A stretch of DNA of 64,000 nucleotides from an uncultured Nitrospiraceae bacterium (GTDB lineage Bacteria; Nitrospirota; Nitrospiria; Nitrospirales; Nitrospiraceae). Positions 39,858 to 50,800 of the stretch are shown here, one piece after another. Made by a program: the position numbers and the translations under genes. Numbering within the stretch: the stretch's first letter is position 1; each line of letters opens with the position of its first letter. The stretch covers positions 736,001-800,000 of the forward strand of contig CAWJWJ010000001.1 in assembly GCA_963846575.1 (NCBI GenBank), read 5' to 3'. The notes beneath the pieces were generated by a model. That model was given only the letters and a program-made list of their open reading frames with translations, made no database searches and had not been told where the DNA came from.

Positions 39858-41161
39858 ACGACCTTGTGTCTGCCGAATGCCCTTCAAGGCTTGAAGATCG
39901 TCAGGTCACGGATGCCGCGAGTGAGCGTCGGCCAAGCCTGTCGATCACACTCGCGCGATCCCTGGTCTTTGCCCGCTTGCGACGGATCAGCCAGGGAACG
40001 ATGACGGTCGTCGAGGGCGAGCGTCGTACGGTCTTCGGGGACCCTTCCTTATCTTCCGCGCTCCGGCCGACTGTGATGATTCAGGATCCGCGCTGTTATG
40101 TGGACATAGCCTGGAGCGGGACTGTCGGAGCAGGGGGGAGTTACGCGCGTGGCGCCTGGCAGTGCGACGATCTCACGGCACTCATCCGATTGTTCGTCCT
40201 AAATCGGCAGCTGGTGGACGGCATGGAACGAGGGCTGGCTCGACTCTCCGCCCCGTTCTTCAGAGCCGTTCACCGACTGAGCCGGAATACCAAGGCAGGC
40301 AGCCGGCAGAACATTGCGGCCCACTACGATCTCAGCAATGAGTTTTTTTCGCTCATGCTGGACGGTGCCATGATGTATTCCTGCGCGTATTTCCAGCGTC
40401 CCGACAGTACGTTGGAGGAAGCTTCGCGCGCAAAGCTTGACTTGATCTGCCGGAAGCTTCACTTGGCCAGCCGTGATCATCTGCTGGAAATCGGGTCGGG
40501 GTGGGGCGGTCTGGCTTGCCATGCCGCTGAGACCTACCGCTGCCGTGTGACGACCACGACCATTTCACGGGCGCAGTACGACAGGGCTGTGCGTCGGGTT
40601 CGAGAGGCAGGGCTCTCCGATCGTGTCCAGGTGCTGTTGACCGACTATCGGGATCTGCCCGCTTTGGGTATCCAGTTCGATAAGCTGGTGTCCGTAGAAA
40701 TGATCGAGGCCGTGGGACATGAATACTACAACACCTTCTTCGAAACGTGCAGTCGATTGCTCAAGGCTGACGGGCTCATGCTTCTGCAAACCATCACCAT
40801 TGATGAACGGTACTATGAACGGGCGAAGAAATCGGTCGACTTTATCCAGCGCTTCATTTTTCCCGGTAGTTGCATCCCGTCAGTGAACACCTTGTGTCTT
40901 GCCATGGCGAAGGCCTCGGATTTAAGCCTGTTGCATCTTCACGACATCGGCGCGCACTACCCCCCCACATTACGGAGCTGGCGCCACAATATCCGACGGA
41001 ATCTGAAACAGGTGCGGCAGCTTGGACTCGGTCCCGAGTTTCTTCGCTTGTGGGAATTCTATCTTTCCTACTGCGAGGGAGGCTTTCTGGAGCGATCGAT
41101 TTCGACGGCTCACCTGCTATGTGCCAAGTCTGGTTGGCGTCAGAATTTGCTGCCAGGATAA
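39854..41161 (+). CDS. cyclopropane-fatty-acyl-phospholipid synthase family methyltransferase (UfaM-like)
   Basis: NIAAHYDLSN.FF, MYSCA, LLEIGSGWGG, S.EMIEAVG, FIFPG, W..YL.YCEGGF. Confidence 0.93.
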   Translation: MNDLVSAECPSRLEDRQVTDAASERRPSLSITLARSLVFARLRRISQGTMTVVEGERRTVFGDPSLSSALRPTVMIQDPRCYVDIAWSGTVGAGGSYARGAWQCDDLTALIRLFVLNRQLVDGMERGLARLSAPFFRAVHRLSRNTKAGSRQNIAAHYDLSNEFFSLMLDGAMMYSCAYFQRPDSTLEEASRAKLDLICRKLHLASRDHLLEIGSGWGGLACHAAETYRCRVTTTTISRAQYDRAVRRVREAGLSDRVQVLLTDYRDLPALGIQFDKLVSVEMIEAVGHEYYNTFFETCSRLLKADGLMLLQTITIDERYYERAKKSVDFIQRFIFPGSCIPSVNTLCLAMAKASDLSLLHLHDIGAHYPPTLRSWRHNIRRNLKQVRQLGLGPEFLRLWEFYLSYCEGGFLERSISTAHLLCAKSGWRQNLLPG

Positions 41162-41334
41162 ACCATCCACATCCGCCTCGCAGTCGCCTTCGTGGAACGC
41201 AGGGCCACCAGAGTGGCCTGGTAAAGACTGATTCCATCTGTGAGGCGACCTGTGTAGAATCAGCCGCCATGACAAGAAGGCGCAGGGAGCCCCGGCGCTT
41301 CAAGCAGACGGACCTCCTACGGAGTCTAATCGAT

Positions 41335-41904
41335 ATGATGGTGCAGGAAGAACTGATTGCTGCGTTTCACAAGACGCAGTCCTTTAACTGGGATCCGAAG
41401 GGTGGTTTTAAACTCGCGTCGGGTTTGACGAGTCCGTTTTATGTCGATTGCCGCACACTGATGGCATTTCCGCATGCACGTCGCCTGGTGGCGCAGTTGG
41501 CCTATGAGGTGACGGCTGATCTTGAGGTCGATTGTCTCGGAGGGTTGGAGATCGGGGCGATCTCCATTGCCACCAGCGTCTCAGACTTTGCCTATGCCGC
41601 GAGTCCCCGTCGAGATTGGCGGACGTTTTTTGTGCGGAAGCAGGCTAAGGACCATGGGCTGGGTCGTCTCGTCGAAGGAGTCGTTCATGCCGGTGATCGC
41701 GTCCTGATCGTCGATGATGTGCTCACGAGCGGTGGTTCGGTCCTCAAAGCCATCGCCGCGGCTCGCGAAGCGGGTCTTCAGGTGCGGGACGCGCTGGTTA
41801 TCGTTGACCGTAAGGAGCAGGATGGGCGGGCGCGTATTGAAAAGGAACAGGTCCGTGTGCGCAGTCTGCTGACCATCGATGATCTGATGAGGGCCCCTCG
41901 ATGA
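41335..41904 (+). CDS. pyrE: orotate phosphoribosyltransferase
   Basis: FKLASG..S.FY.D.R, VRK..KDHG, IVDDVLTSGGS. Confidence 0.88.
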   Translation: MMVQEELIAAFHKTQSFNWDPKGGFKLASGLTSPFYVDCRTLMAFPHARRLVAQLAYEVTADLEVDCLGGLEIGAISIATSVSDFAYAASPRRDWRTFFVRKQAKDHGLGRLVEGVVHAGDRVLIVDDVLTSGGSVLKAIAAAREAGLQVRDALVIVDRKEQDGRARIEKEQVRVRSLLTIDDLMRAPR

Positions 41905-41986
41905 GGTGGTTTTATGAGCATCGAGGTCCGATCGACATATGCCCCATGGTCAACGACGCATAGGCCGGTTCCCCCGATGGTTTGAT

Positions 41987-42298
41987 TCACTTGCATTGAA
42001 ACTGAATTCCCCAACGCCGCTCCTCCACCAGATCGTTCGACCCGGCGACAGGACTGGCCTGTCGCAATCGCCCCTTCGTTTCGCCTTCGCGGACGGTGAT
42101 GTAGCCCTTCGGGCATTTGTCCTCCATGAGGCGGGTCGCTTCCTTTCGAAAGGCGGAGAGCAGATTGCCCTGTTCCGCCCGATAGGGATAGACGACCACG
42201 CCGCCGTTGTCGAATTCTTTCACCAGCAGCGCTCCCTCCCCGCATCCCCACTGGGACAGCAACAGAGCCAGCAAACTGACCCTTGACCACCTTTTCAT
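41987..42298 (-). CDS. putative lipoprotein
   Basis: MKRWSR..LLLSQWGC; two further Cys. Confidence 0.65.
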   Translation of the reverse strand: MKRWSRVSLLALLLSQWGCGEGALLVKEFDNGGVVVYPYRAEQGNLLSAFRKEATRLMEDKCPKGYITVREGETKGRLRQASPVAGSNDLVEERRWGIQFQCK

Positions 42299-42358
42299 CG
42301 GACTCCTATCATAGAGTGTCGGTTGTCGTTGTTCCCCATGAGCAAAGGAGAGGTGACC

Positions 42359-42784
42359 ATGAGACATCTGGCGTTTCTCGCATGCACCATAGTTTTCTGT
42401 GGTCTGCTTCTTGATGGACCGCGGGAAAGCTTCGCAAACCATTCCTATGTCTTGAGTGTCCAACAGTTACGCGCCGGCCTGGTGAAGGCGCCGTCTACCA
42501 AGGCCAAAGGTTTTATCCTGGTAGACGTCAGATCTCCGGAGGAACATGCCTCCGGCATGATTCCAGGGACCGACCTCAACATTGATTTTCGAGAAATGAA
42601 GGCGCGGCACCGCGAGCTTGGCGCGAAGTTGGAGGATCATATCGTCGTGTACTGCCAATCCGGCCACAGAAGTAATATTGCCGCTGAGACATTGGCCGAT
42701 CTGGGTTATACGCATGTGTATAATGTCGAGGGCAGCATGAACGCCTGGACGGAAGCGGGGTTTCCTGTCGCACCTGCTCGGTAA
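42359..42784 (+). CDS. secreted rhodanese-like protein
   Basis: DVRSPEE, VYCQSGHRS, GSMNAW; N-terminal signal. Confidence 0.88.
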   Translation: MRHLAFLACTIVFCGLLLDGPRESFANHSYVLSVQQLRAGLVKAPSTKAKGFILVDVRSPEEHASGMIPGTDLNIDFREMKARHRELGAKLEDHIVVYCQSGHRSNIAAETLADLGYTHVYNVEGSMNAWTEAGFPVAPAR

Positions 42785-42795
42785 GACTGAAATGG

Positions 42796-43725
42796 TCATC
42801 GGCTGCGGGATGACGGTGAGGCGGGCGACGACGAAAGGCTTCGCATTCCGGTTCGCGGGCTAATGCCGATGACGGCGGGAAGGCCGATGTGGACCCCATT
42901 GTCGCCGTCCAGGAACGGGCGCCATTCGGCCGCGACCGTCGTCTCCCGAGCGGCGTGGAGCAGGTCGGGACTGGCGATGACGTCGGAGGAAGAGCCGCCG
43001 TCCATCGCCATGGCTTGCTGGATTGAGGGCATCCGTTGATGCAGGCAGTCGGCGAGGTCGTGAAGCGAGACGACATCCACCGTCTTGATCACGAGAATGC
43101 TCCCGGCACTGTCTTCCGCCACCACCGTTTGATAGGCGCGTTTCCCGCTGTCCCGAACCCTGGGTTTGCCGGTGCGGTCGAGCAGCATCAAGGATTGGGC
43201 GGCCTCGCGATAGCTCGGGGCTTCTTCCGCAAATCCCTCAAAAGCCAAGTCCAACACGCGAGCTTTCCTGAGTGAGTTGTCGGTCGGTTCCGCTGCGAAT
43301 AACCCCTGCCAGGAATGATGCTTCTTGCCGCCGAGTGAACGTCCTTCCTTCAGTAACAACCCCAAGTAGGAATAATCGCGGCGAAACAATCCGGCATTGA
43401 ACAGGATGTAGGCATCGGTACGTTGCTGCCACCCCTGAATCGAAAGCGGCGCAGGCAGCCCTTCGTCACGAAAGTGGTAAATCGAGAACCGGAAGCGTTC
43501 CGGATCGACCTGGACGATGAGCATCGAGGGAACCCGCGGGCAGGCGATCAGAGGATTCCAGAGCGTGACTTGAATCCCGGCGGTCAGTCGCTCCCAGGAT
43601 ACCTCACCCGCGGTCGCTGAGCCCGTGCAGGGAGCTGTGACGAGACAGGCGACGATGAAACAGGCGGAGAGAGACTTCAATCGGTGAATCAGGAGGTGAA
43701 TCTGCGGATGGTCGTTCAGCATCAA
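42796..43725 (-). CDS. phosphodiester glycosidase (NAGPA/DUF2233) family protein
   Basis: FNAGLF; AMAMDGGSSS motif; signal-like N-terminus. Confidence 0.75.
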   Translation of the reverse strand: MMLNDHPQIHLLIHRLKSLSACFIVACLVTAPCTGSATAGEVSWERLTAGIQVTLWNPLIACPRVPSMLIVQVDPERFRFSIYHFRDEGLPAPLSIQGWQQRTDAYILFNAGLFRRDYSYLGLLLKEGRSLGGKKHHSWQGLFAAEPTDNSLRKARVLDLAFEGFAEEAPSYREAAQSLMLLDRTGKPRVRDSGKRAYQTVVAEDSAGSILVIKTVDVVSLHDLADCLHQRMPSIQQAMAMDGGSSSDVIASPDLLHAARETTVAAEWRPFLDGDNGVHIGLPAVIGISPRTGMRSLSSSPASPSSRSR

Positions 43726-43852
43726 CCGCGGCTTCCTTCATCGGTCTGATACGTAGCGCTGTTCCCAGTTCTCTTAGACCTCAAGTATAAAAAGGATGGG
43801 CGCATGGGTCAATCGTCACGTGCGCATGCGGCAGACGAGCAACCACGGGGCG

Positions 43853-45493
43853 TTACGAGGCGCGGGCGGATCTCGGAGCAGCTCCGTATGGGGCTGACGG
43901 CTCGCGGGAAGTTCCGGGTCCGGGCGCGGAAGAGTCGAGCAGGGCACGGACCGTACGTAGCAGGATATCGGGCGTGAAAGGTTTTTGCAGGAACGTGGTT
44001 CGATGAGGGTCCATTCCTCTGTTTACGCAGATGTCGTCGAGGTAGCCGGACATGAAGAGCACCCTCAGATTCGGTTTGATGACCGCAAGATGTTGCGCCA
44101 GCTCGCGGCCGTTCATGCCGGGCATCACGACGTCGGTCAGGAGAAGGTCCACGTGAAGATTCTGCTGGGTGGCGGTCAGACAGGCCTCGACCCCGTTCCT
44201 CGCCTCGAGGACCTGATACCCGGTTTGGGCCAGCTGATGACGGACGAAATCGCGCACTCCCGGATCGTCTTCGACCACGAGGATGGTTTCTGAGGCGCGC
44301 CGGAGGCTGCCTGGCGGATCAGTGGCATTCTCGGGGACGGCTTGAGGCGTGGAGCGTGGCAGGTAGATATCGAAGGTGGTGCCATGCCCGACCTGGCTCC
44401 AGACATCGATTCCTCCTCCGCAGGTCGTCACGATGCCAAAGACGGTCGACAGTCCCAAGCCCGTGCCCTTATGTTCTTCCTTAGTGGTAAAAAATGGCTC
44501 AAACAAGTGGGCCAGGACATCCCCATCCATCCCGCATCCGCTGTCTGTGACGGTGAGCTTCACGTATTGTCCCAGAGGCAACGGTTGGAGATGGTGCATG
44601 GGCGTGCGCGTAAGTTCGGTCTGTGATATTTCAATTGCCAATAATCCGCCGTTTGGCATGGCATCCCTGGCATTCACGACGAGGTTCATAATGACCTGTT
44701 CGAGTTGGCCGGGATCGGCCTTTACATGACCGTCGTGCGGATCGGGTCGGATAACCAGCTGGATGTCTTCGCCGATCAGGTGCCGGAGCATGTTTTCGAC
44801 GTTGCCCAGGACCGTGTTGAGTGGAAACACCTTCGGCTCCAAGGTCTGTTTCCGGCTAAAGGCCATCAGTTGGCGGATCAGGGTAGCGGCTTGATCTCCC
44901 GCCTTCTGCATCTCTTCAATCTTGGCTCGCATGGGATTGGCTGGACCGAGTTCTCCCAGGAGGATCTGACTGTGTCCCATGATCACCGTCAGCAGATTAT
45001 TGAAATCGTGCGCGAGCCCTCCGGCAAGGCGGCCGACGGCTTCCATTTTCTGGGCCTGCCGGAATTGTTTTTCACTTGCGCGCAGGGCATCTTCCGCCCG
45101 TCGGCGTTCGAGCCGCTCTTCGAGGTCACGCAGCGTTCGTTTGATGGAAGGTATGAGGCGGCCCAGACGTTGCTTATAAATATAATCGGTGGCGCCCCGC
45201 TGCATGAGATCGATGGCGAATTCTTCACCCTGGGCGTTTGAGACGAACAGGAATGGGAGGTCAGGGTGCAGTGTGCGGGTCAGGGCTAGTGCGGCGGCGC
45301 CGTCCAGACCAGGGACCCCGGTGTCGGCGAGAATCAGACTGTATCCGTCCTGCCGTAGTGCGGCCAGAAACTCTTCTCGCGTCTGAACACGTTTCGGATG
45401 ACAGGTGATGCCGGCGCCTCGCAATGTCGCGCAGATCAAATCCGCGTCGACGGCATTGCTTTCGAGATGGATGAATCGAAGGGGATCAACCAT
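43853..45493 (-). CDS. hybrid histidine kinase (REC-HisKA-HATPase-REC)
   Basis: [42 protein letters not shown]. Confidence 0.94.
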   Translation of the reverse strand: MVDPLRFIHLESNAVDADLICATLRGAGITCHPKRVQTREEFLAALRQDGYSLILADTGVPGLDGAAALALTRTLHPDLPFLFVSNAQGEEFAIDLMQRGATDYIYKQRLGRLIPSIKRTLRDLEERLERRRAEDALRASEKQFRQAQKMEAVGRLAGGLAHDFNNLLTVIMGHSQILLGELGPANPMRAKIEEMQKAGDQAATLIRQLMAFSRKQTLEPKVFPLNTVLGNVENMLRHLIGEDIQLVIRPDPHDGHVKADPGQLEQVIMNLVVNARDAMPNGGLLAIEISQTELTRTPMHHLQPLPLGQYVKLTVTDSGCGMDGDVLAHLFEPFFTTKEEHKGTGLGLSTVFGIVTTCGGGIDVWSQVGHGTTFDIYLPRSTPQAVPENATDPPGSLRRASETILVVEDDPGVRDFVRHQLAQTGYQVLEARNGVEACLTATQQNLHVDLLLTDVVMPGMNGRELAQHLAVIKPNLRVLFMSGYLDDICVNRGMDPHRTTFLQKPFTPDILLRTVRALLDSSAPGPGTSREPSAPYGAAPRSARAS

Positions 45494-45529
45494 GAAGTGT
45501 AGCGGGATGATGAAACTTGGAGAGGCGGT

Positions 45530-46000
45530 TCATGAGCTGGCCTGGCCGGTCCCTCGGTTCGCTCCCTCAGGAGGAGGTTCATTAATCATTCCCCAGAACA
45601 CCCCGAGTTCTTTTACCGCCTTGAGGAACTGGTGAAACTCGACGGGTTTTACCACATACGCATTGGCTCCAAGCGCGTAACTTTCGACGAGGTCCCGCTC
45701 TTCTCGGGATGACGTGAGCATCACGACCGGAATGGGTCTTAAGGCCGCATCGCCCTTGATCGTGCGAAGGACTTCGAGTCCGTCGACTTTGGGCATTTTC
45801 AAATCGAGGAGTACCACGGCGGGATTGCCCTGAAGGCGTGCCTTGAAATTCCCGCGGCAATACAAATAATCGAGCACTTCCGCCCCGTCGTGACAGAGGA
45901 TGACTTTGTCCGCGAGGTGATGCTCTTCCATGGCAGCCAGCGCCAGTTCGGCATCGCGGGGATTGTCTTCAGCCAGTAAAATCGGCTTGGAGGTGATCAT
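45530..46000 (-). CDS. single-domain response regulator (Rcp1-like)
   Basis: LLDLKMPKVDG, PVVMLTSS, SY.LGANAYVVKP. Confidence 0.93.
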   Translation of the reverse strand: MITSKPILLAEDNPRDAELALAAMEEHHLADKVILCHDGAEVLDYLYCRGNFKARLQGNPAVVLLDLKMPKVDGLEVLRTIKGDAALRPIPVVMLTSSREERDLVESYALGANAYVVKPVEFHQFLKAVKELGVFWGMINEPPPEGANRGTGQASS

Positions 46001-47511
46001 GCTGCAGGCCTTGTCATGGGCAAGCTGACGAAAAAGGTGGCGCCTTCTCCCAGGGCTCCTTCCGCCCATGTTTTTCCGCCGTGCCGGTGAACAATCCGGC
46101 GGACATTGGCCAGACCGATGCCGGTGCCGTCGAATTCATCGGCGCGATGGAGTCGCTGGAAGACACCGAATAATTTATTGGCGTAACGCATATCAAATCC
46201 TACCCCGTTGTCTCGTACGAACACCACAATTTCTTCCTGGCTGCTCTGCCGACTTCCGACCTCGATGGAGGCTTGAGGGCGGGTGCCGGTAAACTTGATT
46301 GCGTTGCTCACGAGATTCTCGAAGACCTGCCGTAACATCGCTGCATCCCCTATGACCTCGGGGAGTTGAGCGATTGTCCACGAGATCGTTCGATCTTGCA
46401 AGTCATGACGTAGATCGTGCAGCACCGACGCTATGAGCTGGTTCAGATCGACCTTGCCGTGCAGCATTTCCTGCCTGCCCATGCGGGAAAAGATCAGCAG
46501 ATCGTCGATAAGTTGCCCCATCCTGGTTGCTGATTCGGAAATCGTCTGCAGGTAGCGTTTGGCCTTGTCGTCCAGTGAGACGGCTGCGGCCTTGGAGAGC
46601 AGTGAGGCGTACCCGTCGATGTGGCGGAGCGGGGCCCGCAAATCATGCGAGACGGAATAACTGAAGGCTTCTAATTCTTTATTGGCGGCTTCCAGCAGTT
46701 CGCCGCGACGTTGGAGTTCGTCGGCCACCCGCCGGCGGGCGGTCACGTCATGGCGGATCAAATAGTACACGGCGGCGAGCAAGACGAACAGGAGGAGGGC
46801 TCCGATGATTAGCAGGATGATGCTGGAACGTGTGGTTGTGGTTGACTCGATCACCCGCTGCGCGAGGGCTTTGGTTTCCTCTTGCTCCATGTGGGTCTGC
46901 AAATGCCGGGCCGAATCGAGCTCGGTTTTGGCGACTCCGGCCAAGGCCATGGCCCGGACCGACTCAAATCCTTTGTGTTTCCGCTGTTGAATAGTCGTCT
47001 GTTCTTTCTGCAATTGCGCTGTGATCAATTGTTCAAGTTGATTGACTCGGGCCCGTTGGGGGTCCTCGGCGTCGGTCAGGTCTCGCAGATAGCCGAGATA
47101 TTCCGGTGCGCGCGTGCGAAGATTGTTGTAGGAGATCAGGTATTCATCGTCGCCGGTGACCAGGAACCGTCGATGCCCGTTCTCGGCCTCGTGCATGACT
47201 TCACCGGTCGCGGCCAGAGCTTGGATGAACTCGTGGCTTCGTTGATCCAATTGGCCGTTCCGTATCAGGATGGTCATATTGCGGTAGGAGATAGCGGAAA
47301 TCACCAGGATCCCGGCAAAGACGAGCCCGAATCCCGCCAGCACCCGATGTTCGATCGATCGGTCCTGAAAGGCGCGGACCACCCGGGCTAGAGACGGGTT
47401 CTGTTGCAGGAGGCGGTCAGCCCATGGCAAGGGGGGCAGTATAGTCTTGGGGTCGAGGTCGATGGCCTCCTGGCTGGTTGGTTCGTCCATATCCGTAGGA
47501 GATTCTCGCAC
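45997..47511 (-). CDS. CHASE3 sensor histidine kinase
   Basis: TM-CHASE3 (AE.G.R.FLVTG...YL..Y)-TM; FSYSVSHDLRAPLRH; LFGVFQRLH. Confidence 0.92.
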   Translation of the reverse strand: MRESPTDMDEPTSQEAIDLDPKTILPPLPWADRLLQQNPSLARVVRAFQDRSIEHRVLAGFGLVFAGILVISAISYRNMTILIRNGQLDQRSHEFIQALAATGEVMHEAENGHRRFLVTGDDEYLISYNNLRTRAPEYLGYLRDLTDAEDPQRARVNQLEQLITAQLQKEQTTIQQRKHKGFESVRAMALAGVAKTELDSARHLQTHMEQEETKALAQRVIESTTTTRSSIILLIIGALLLFVLLAAVYYLIRHDVTARRRVADELQRRGELLEAANKELEAFSYSVSHDLRAPLRHIDGYASLLSKAAAVSLDDKAKRYLQTISESATRMGQLIDDLLIFSRMGRQEMLHGKVDLNQLIASVLHDLRHDLQDRTISWTIAQLPEVIGDAAMLRQVFENLVSNAIKFTGTRPQASIEVGSRQSSQEEIVVFVRDNGVGFDMRYANKLFGVFQRLHRADEFDGTGIGLANVRRIVHRHGGKTWAEGALGEGATFFVSLPMTRPAA

Positions 47512-47644
47512 GGCTCATCCCGAATGAAGGCGTGGTTCGAAAACTTTAGCGCGGGGCGCTGGTGACTGCAAACCGTATTCTAACAGAGGGGGTCGGTAGG
47601 CGAAGGAAATAGAAGGAAATTGCGCGATCAGACAGGAATGCTGC

Positions 47645-49141
47645 TTAGCCTCCGAACGGTGCCACGGGTGGAGGGAGCGCGGCCGATGAGGCGACGAAAT
47701 TAGAAAACATCAGGGTCGCCGCGACGGCCCAATCCAGGAACGGTTGAGGATAAATCCCGATCACGAGGGTTCCGGCAAGTCCGACGTAGATCACTGCGCG
47801 CAAGGGGCCTGTGGTTTTAATGGGCGAGGAATCCAGTGGTTCAGTGATGTACATCTTCTTGACCACGATCAGGTAGTAGTACATCGAGATGACGATATTA
47901 ATGAGCCCGACTGTTATGAGCGTGTAGAGGCCTTCCTTAATGGCCGCGACGAAAATGTAGAGTTTGCCGATGAAGCCTGCAAGAGGAGGAACTCCTGCCA
48001 AAGACAGTAGGAAAATCAGCATGGCAAAGGCCAGGAAGGGCGACCGTCGATTGAGCCCGCTGTAGTCGTCGATTTCATCGCTGCCTATCGCATTACTGAT
48101 GGCCATGATGACCGCGAAGGCACCAAGATTCGCAAAAAGATAGGTCAGCAGATAGAACAAAATGGAGTCGGTCCCCATTTTTGTCCCTGCGGCCAAACCG
48201 ATCAGGACGTTTCCAACCTGCGCAATACCCGAATAGGCCAACAGTCGCTTAATATTTCGTTGGCTGATCGCCACGATATTGCCGTAGGTCATCGAGAGGA
48301 TGGAGGCCGCCACGAGGAGGAGGGCCCAGGCTGGCTTGAAGGTGGCCAGGGCAACCAGAAATAACCGGAGGAGAATGGCGAAGGCGGCCACTTTGGGGGC
48401 AATTGATAAGAAGGCGGTCACCGGAGTAGGGGCGCCCTGGTAGGTATCCGGGATCCATGAATGAAACGGTACTGCGCCGATTTTAAATCCGAGTGCGGCA
48501 AAAATGAGCAAATATCCGATGACGAGTCCGGTCGTCGGAGTGGCTGCGCTCATGTCCGAAAAGACCAGCTTCCCGGTTTCGCCGAATACCAGACTGATGC
48601 CGTACGCCAGCAACCCGGCCGCAAAGACTCCGAGAATGAAAAATTTCAGACCTGCTTCATTGGAAGCTATGTTGTCGCGCAGGTAGGACACCAGTACATA
48701 AAACCCAAAGGTCGCAAATTCGAGGGTTACAAAAAGGGACAGGAGATCGTTGGCCGAGGCCATGAACATCATGCCAAGCGCCGACACTGCAACTAGGAAA
48801 TAATATTCACCCCGGAAGAAGGAGAATCGGTGCACGTAATCGATCGAAAGGAGGATTACCAGGATCGTCGCCAGCAGGATCAAGACCTTGAAGAAGATGG
48901 CCAGACGATCCAGGACGAACATCTTACCGAACAAGGTGCCGGTTATGCCGGTGGCGTCGAACCAGGCCAGACAGGCCAGGGTGATGACCAGGCCCAGAAT
49001 GGTCAAGTAGGCCAGCTGCTCCTGTACGATCCGTTTTAGGGAAAAGTCGGCGATCAGGACGATACAGAGCCATACCGTGAGAAACATCTCCGGCAGCAAG
49101 AGTAGGAGGTCGCTGGCTGAAAGCGTCAAAGAAAACGTCAT
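47645..49141 (-). CDS. nuoN: NADH-quinone oxidoreductase subunit N
   Basis: EAGLKFF, FKIGAVPFHSWIPDTYQGAP, KRLLAYS. Confidence 0.95.
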   Translation of the reverse strand: MTFSLTLSASDLLLLLPEMFLTVWLCIVLIADFSLKRIVQEQLAYLTILGLVITLACLAWFDATGITGTLFGKMFVLDRLAIFFKVLILLATILVILLSIDYVHRFSFFRGEYYFLVAVSALGMMFMASANDLLSLFVTLEFATFGFYVLVSYLRDNIASNEAGLKFFILGVFAAGLLAYGISLVFGETGKLVFSDMSAATPTTGLVIGYLLIFAALGFKIGAVPFHSWIPDTYQGAPTPVTAFLSIAPKVAAFAILLRLFLVALATFKPAWALLLVAASILSMTYGNIVAISQRNIKRLLAYSGIAQVGNVLIGLAAGTKMGTDSILFYLLTYLFANLGAFAVIMAISNAIGSDEIDDYSGLNRRSPFLAFAMLIFLLSLAGVPPLAGFIGKLYIFVAAIKEGLYTLITVGLINIVISMYYYLIVVKKMYITEPLDSSPIKTTGPLRAVIYVGLAGTLVIGIYPQPFLDWAVAATLMFSNFVASSAALPPPVAPFGG

Positions 49142-50790
49142 CGAGGGGTCACCTTCGCAATGGCTTCGGCGGAACTAGATAGGGGTTCATTAACTGCCGT
49201 ATGGGGGCTCTGTATGGGGTGCTCCGCAATCGGGACGATTTTCGTAATACGGGCGATCAACGGGTCGACCCCCGAACGGACCACAGAATAAAGATGGCCC
49301 GGGAAAATTCCAAAGCTGATGCTCACGGTGATCATGATCAAAAGGGGCATACGGTCGATGACGGTGACTGCATCGTGAGAGTGACTGTATTTCTCCGCCA
49401 TCGGCCCGTAGAAGAGCCCGCGCATCATCTTGAAGAGGTAGGCCATGGTCAGGACAATACCCAGAACGGCGATGACGACCTGGAAGGGATACTTATTCCA
49501 GCTGCCGACGATGATCATGACTTCGGCGATAAAATTCACGGTGCCGGGCATGCCGATGGAGGCCATACATCCGATGACAAAGGCCGCGGAGATGAATGGC
49601 ATTCGATTGGACAATCCGCCCAGTGAGGGGATGTCCCGGGTGTGCGTTTGGTCATATACCCAGCCTGCCATGGCGAACAACATGCCCGTGGCCATGGCAT
49701 GAGCAAACATATAAATGACGGCTCCGCTCAGACTGATGTAGTCGAGCGCGGCCATGCCGAGGAAGACATAACCCATGTGACTCGAACTGGAATAGCCGAT
49801 CACATATTTGGTGTCCTTGGCGTAGTACGCGACCAATCCTCCATAGATGATGCTGAAGATGCAGAGGACGGCGGCAATCGGCATCAGTTCCCGCGTCGTC
49901 TCGGGAAGGATCTCAAAGGCGACACGGATGATGGAAAAGTGTCCTAGCTTCATCAACACGCCGGCATGCAGCATGCTGGTGGCTGCCGGAGCGGCGGCAT
50001 GTCCCACCGGAGACCAGGAGTGCAGCGGCCAGATCGGCGCGATCGACGCAAAACCGAAGAAAATCAGCAGCCAGATGACCGTGGCCAGAGGACCTGAGAA
50101 GTGAGCCTGTTCGCGGAGCACTAAAATGTCAAAGGTGTTGAGCCCTGAGAATTTATAAATGAGCAGAATGCCCATCAAGGCCGCCACGGCAAAGGCGGAG
50201 AGAAACAGGACCAGTTTCATCGCGGCGTACTCTTTGCTATTCGCGCCGAAATTGAAGATGAAGCCCACCGAGTCCCGCTGTTTCAGGCCTTCAGGGTCCG
50301 TCATCTCCAGATATTTCTTAGTGTGGCTCCCCCACATGCCCAGGAGGAGATACATGGGGATGACGGACATTTCATAAAAGAAATAGAGGAAGAAGAGATC
50401 CAGAGACATAAACACGCCGATTGTGGCGGCGGCCAGGATTAAGAGCCAGATGTAGAACTCTTTCACGCGATCTTTAATGTGCCACGAGACGAAGATCCCC
50501 GCGAAAAGCAGGATGGCGGAGGCGAGCACGAGTGGTGTGCCTATTCCGTCCACACCTAAATGCAGGGAGATGCCCAATTGGCGGGACCATTCGATACGCT
50601 GAATAAACTGAAAACCGCCCTTTAGCGGGTCATACGCGTAGAAAAGATAGAGTGAGGCAATCAAGGAGATGAAGGCGGAACCGGCCGCAATGCCTCGCAC
50701 CAAGGAGAGCTGGCGGTTCGACACGAATATCAGCGCCAGGGCTCCCGCAAAGGGAGCGAACAAAATGATGAGCAGTGTGTAATCAGCCAT
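49138..50790 (-). CDS. nuoM: NADH-quinone oxidoreductase subunit M (second, divergent copy)
   Basis: LGVDGI, FFYEMSVIPMY, PLHSWSP..HA.AP, LMKLG, GMPGTVNFIAE. Confidence 0.9.
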   Translation of the reverse strand: MADYTLLIILFAPFAGALALIFVSNRQLSLVRGIAAGSAFISLIASLYLFYAYDPLKGGFQFIQRIEWSRQLGISLHLGVDGIGTPLVLASAILLFAGIFVSWHIKDRVKEFYIWLLILAAATIGVFMSLDLFFLYFFYEMSVIPMYLLLGMWGSHTKKYLEMTDPEGLKQRDSVGFIFNFGANSKEYAAMKLVLFLSAFAVAALMGILLIYKFSGLNTFDILVLREQAHFSGPLATVIWLLIFFGFASIAPIWPLHSWSPVGHAAAPAATSMLHAGVLMKLGHFSIIRVAFEILPETTRELMPIAAVLCIFSIIYGGLVAYYAKDTKYVIGYSSSSHMGYVFLGMAALDYISLSGAVIYMFAHAMATGMLFAMAGWVYDQTHTRDIPSLGGLSNRMPFISAAFVIGCMASIGMPGTVNFIAEVMIIVGSWNKYPFQVVIAVLGIVLTMAYLFKMMRGLFYGPMAEKYSHSHDAVTVIDRMPLLIMITVSISFGIFPGHLYSVVRSGVDPLIARITKIVPIAEHPIQSPHTAVNEPLSSSAEAIAKVTPR

Positions 50791-50800
50791 GGTCTTCTTT

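Noticed and set aside
40870..41334. Long N-terminal extension of pyrE
   Set aside because: Overlaps the CFA gene; PyrE motifs begin only after 41335
43853..47511. Rcp1-like regulator as evidence of a phytochrome system
   Set aside because: The cognate kinase has CHASE3, not PAS-GAF-PHY; this is a common three-gene phosphorelay
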